This document shows positions 18,386 through 20,000 of a DNA stretch of 20,000 bases, in pieces. Source of the DNA: Chiloscyllium plagiosum. Taxonomy: Eukaryota. Every line of letters begins with the position of its first letter. Position 1 is the stretch's first letter. Below the pieces are notes generated by a model. That model saw nothing but the letters and a program-made list of their open reading frames with translations. It had not been told where the DNA came from and ran no database searches. The position numbers were made by a program, and so were the translations under genes. Where the stretch lies: NCBI RefSeq assembly GCF_004010195.1, contig NC_057717.1:103727360-103747359 (forward strand). The letters run 5' to 3'.

Positions 18386-19132
18386 TATCGACATACAGTG
18401 TGTCTTAAAGGTACATTAATCCTGAGCTGCAGTACACAGTCCCTGATGGTTTTCCCTCATCGGGAATGTCCAGGGGATTACCCTTCAATCCCAGAGACTC
18501 GGATACAGTGTTAACTGGTGGCCTTTCTCCTTGGTGGTGCTCTGGGTCGGCAATGATGTGGAGAAGGGGTTGGTTCATTTCCAAATCACGGGGCAGTGCT
18601 ATTAATAAAATTATTGAGGTTTCTCGAACCTGAGTGTCGCCAGCAAAGCAGAACCGCAGCGAGCAGATTTCACAAGTCAAAAGGATCTGTCTCTAAGCAA
18701 CAAGAACATAGACCACAGTTTTACTCATGCCGATTAGACATCTCAGTCTCTGAAGCCTCCCCATAAACCTGTATCCTGCTGAAGGAGCAGGGTAAAATGC
18801 ATAAATCAGCAGAGACTGGTTTACCCGCTGCCTGCAGAGCATCACAAGAAGGATGTTCTCAATCTTTCTATCACTTCGATTAGATAAGGAACGTACAGGA
18901 GAGACACAGTAGATGCTATCTCTGACCATAACTTGTACATTGCGCTTGGAAAGAACAACAGCAAACTTATCTCTAAACTGTGCTTCTTTGAGAAAGTAAA
19001 TAACAAAAACCATTCTTGGCTACTTAAAGTTTCATCAGTTTTGGATTCATTTAGCAATGCTTCCTGGAATAGAGCTGAGACAGCAAACATTCTGGGTTCC
19101 CCCAGACCTCAGACAATACTCCAGGGACAGGG

Positions 19133-19330
19133 TAAAGTCACCACACAGTTCTCCCTATCAGGCCATAGGGCACGCTCTCATCAGAGAGAGAGACAGACAG
19201 CTGAAGGAGAGTTTAACCTTAGGGGAGAGGTTGAGATGGAGAGTCATTCGTTGTAACCTCAGCCCCGTGCAGGAACTGAACCCACACTGTTGCCATCACA
19301 CAGCAGATGTCCAGCCAACTGAGCTAACCA
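19133..19330 (-). mobile_element. tRNA-derived SINE, second family (copy 4)
   Basis: Ends in TCCAGCCAACTGAGCTAACC, identical to the head of copy 1. Confidence 0.75.
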
Positions 19331-19573
19331 ATACCTCAGGTACAGACAAGCCAGCTGCCAAAAGAAAAGGCCTTTGTTTGATCCTTCAATACCACATCCA
19401 GTTTCGGAGGTTGTGAGCTGTAATATAGACCTTGCCACATCAGAGGAATGCTGCTGGAGGCAAAACTACATCAGGGTAACCTGATCAAAACAATGTCCAT
19501 ATTCAAACAGCAGGGATGGGATGGGGAAAATAGGTTCAGAGGGATAGGGTGTTTGGTGGTGGGAGTGGACTCT

Positions 19574-20000
19574 CGGATTGAGTATAGAAGCAAAGAGGTG
19601 CTTCTGCAGCTGTACAGGGCCCTGGTGCGACCACACCTGGAGTACTGTGTGCAGTTCTGGTCTCCAAATTTGAGGAAAGACATTCTGGCTATTGAGGGAG
19701 TGCAGCGTAGGTTCACGAGGTCAATTCCTGGAATGGCGGGATTACCTTACACTGAAAGACTGGAGTGACTGGGCTTGTATACCTTTGAGTTTAGAAGACT
19801 GAGAGGGGATCTGATTGAGACCTATAAGATTATTAACGGATTGGACACTCTGGAGGCAGGAAACATGTTTCCGCTGATGGGTGAGTGCCGAACCAGAGGA
19901 CACAGCTTAAAAATACGGGGTAGACCATTTAGGACAGAGATGAGGAGAAACTTCTTCACCCAGAGAGTGGTGACTGTGTGGAATGCTCTGCCCCAGAGAC
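19574..20000 (+). mobile_element. Young 5'-truncated CR1-clade LINE ORF2 fragment with one premature stop
   Basis: IEYRSKEVLLQLYRALVRPHLEYCVQFWSP...ERLE*LGLYTFEFRRLRGDLIETYKI...RRNFFTQRVVTVWNALP; in-frame TGA at 19766-19768 (likely CGA>TGA). Confidence 0.95.

Noticed and set aside
810..19330. tRNA genes suggested by A/B boxes
   Set aside because: All are SINE heads attached to SINE bodies; no complete cloverleaf was seen

Overview
Vertebrate genomic DNA, almost certainly from a cartilaginous fish (HE1/V-SINEs, CR1-like LINEs, DeuSINE-like and Penelope-like remnants), with three assembly gaps (2164-2663, 6381-7171, 17326-17469). It holds one spliced + strand gene that the ORF track only partly captures: a glutamate-cysteine ligase modifier subunit (GCLM-like). 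Six GT-AG exons (2935-3006, 5235-5319, 7775-7831, 9312-9514, 11440-11554, 14103-14281) join into one uninterrupted 236-aa frame; exon 1 probably starts at ATG 2133 and runs into the first gap. The most notable features are: (1) seven NRF2/ARE motifs within about 450 bp upstream of a TATA box; (2) a protein that looks divergent and Cys-rich for a shark GCLM and may be a second paralog; (3) Penelope-like terminal repeats carrying minimal hammerhead ribozyme motifs, one with an intact core in intron 2; (4) a LINE-derived 38-bp minisatellite present in both orientations in intron 3. Repeat family names and protein comparisons are from recall, not from database searches.
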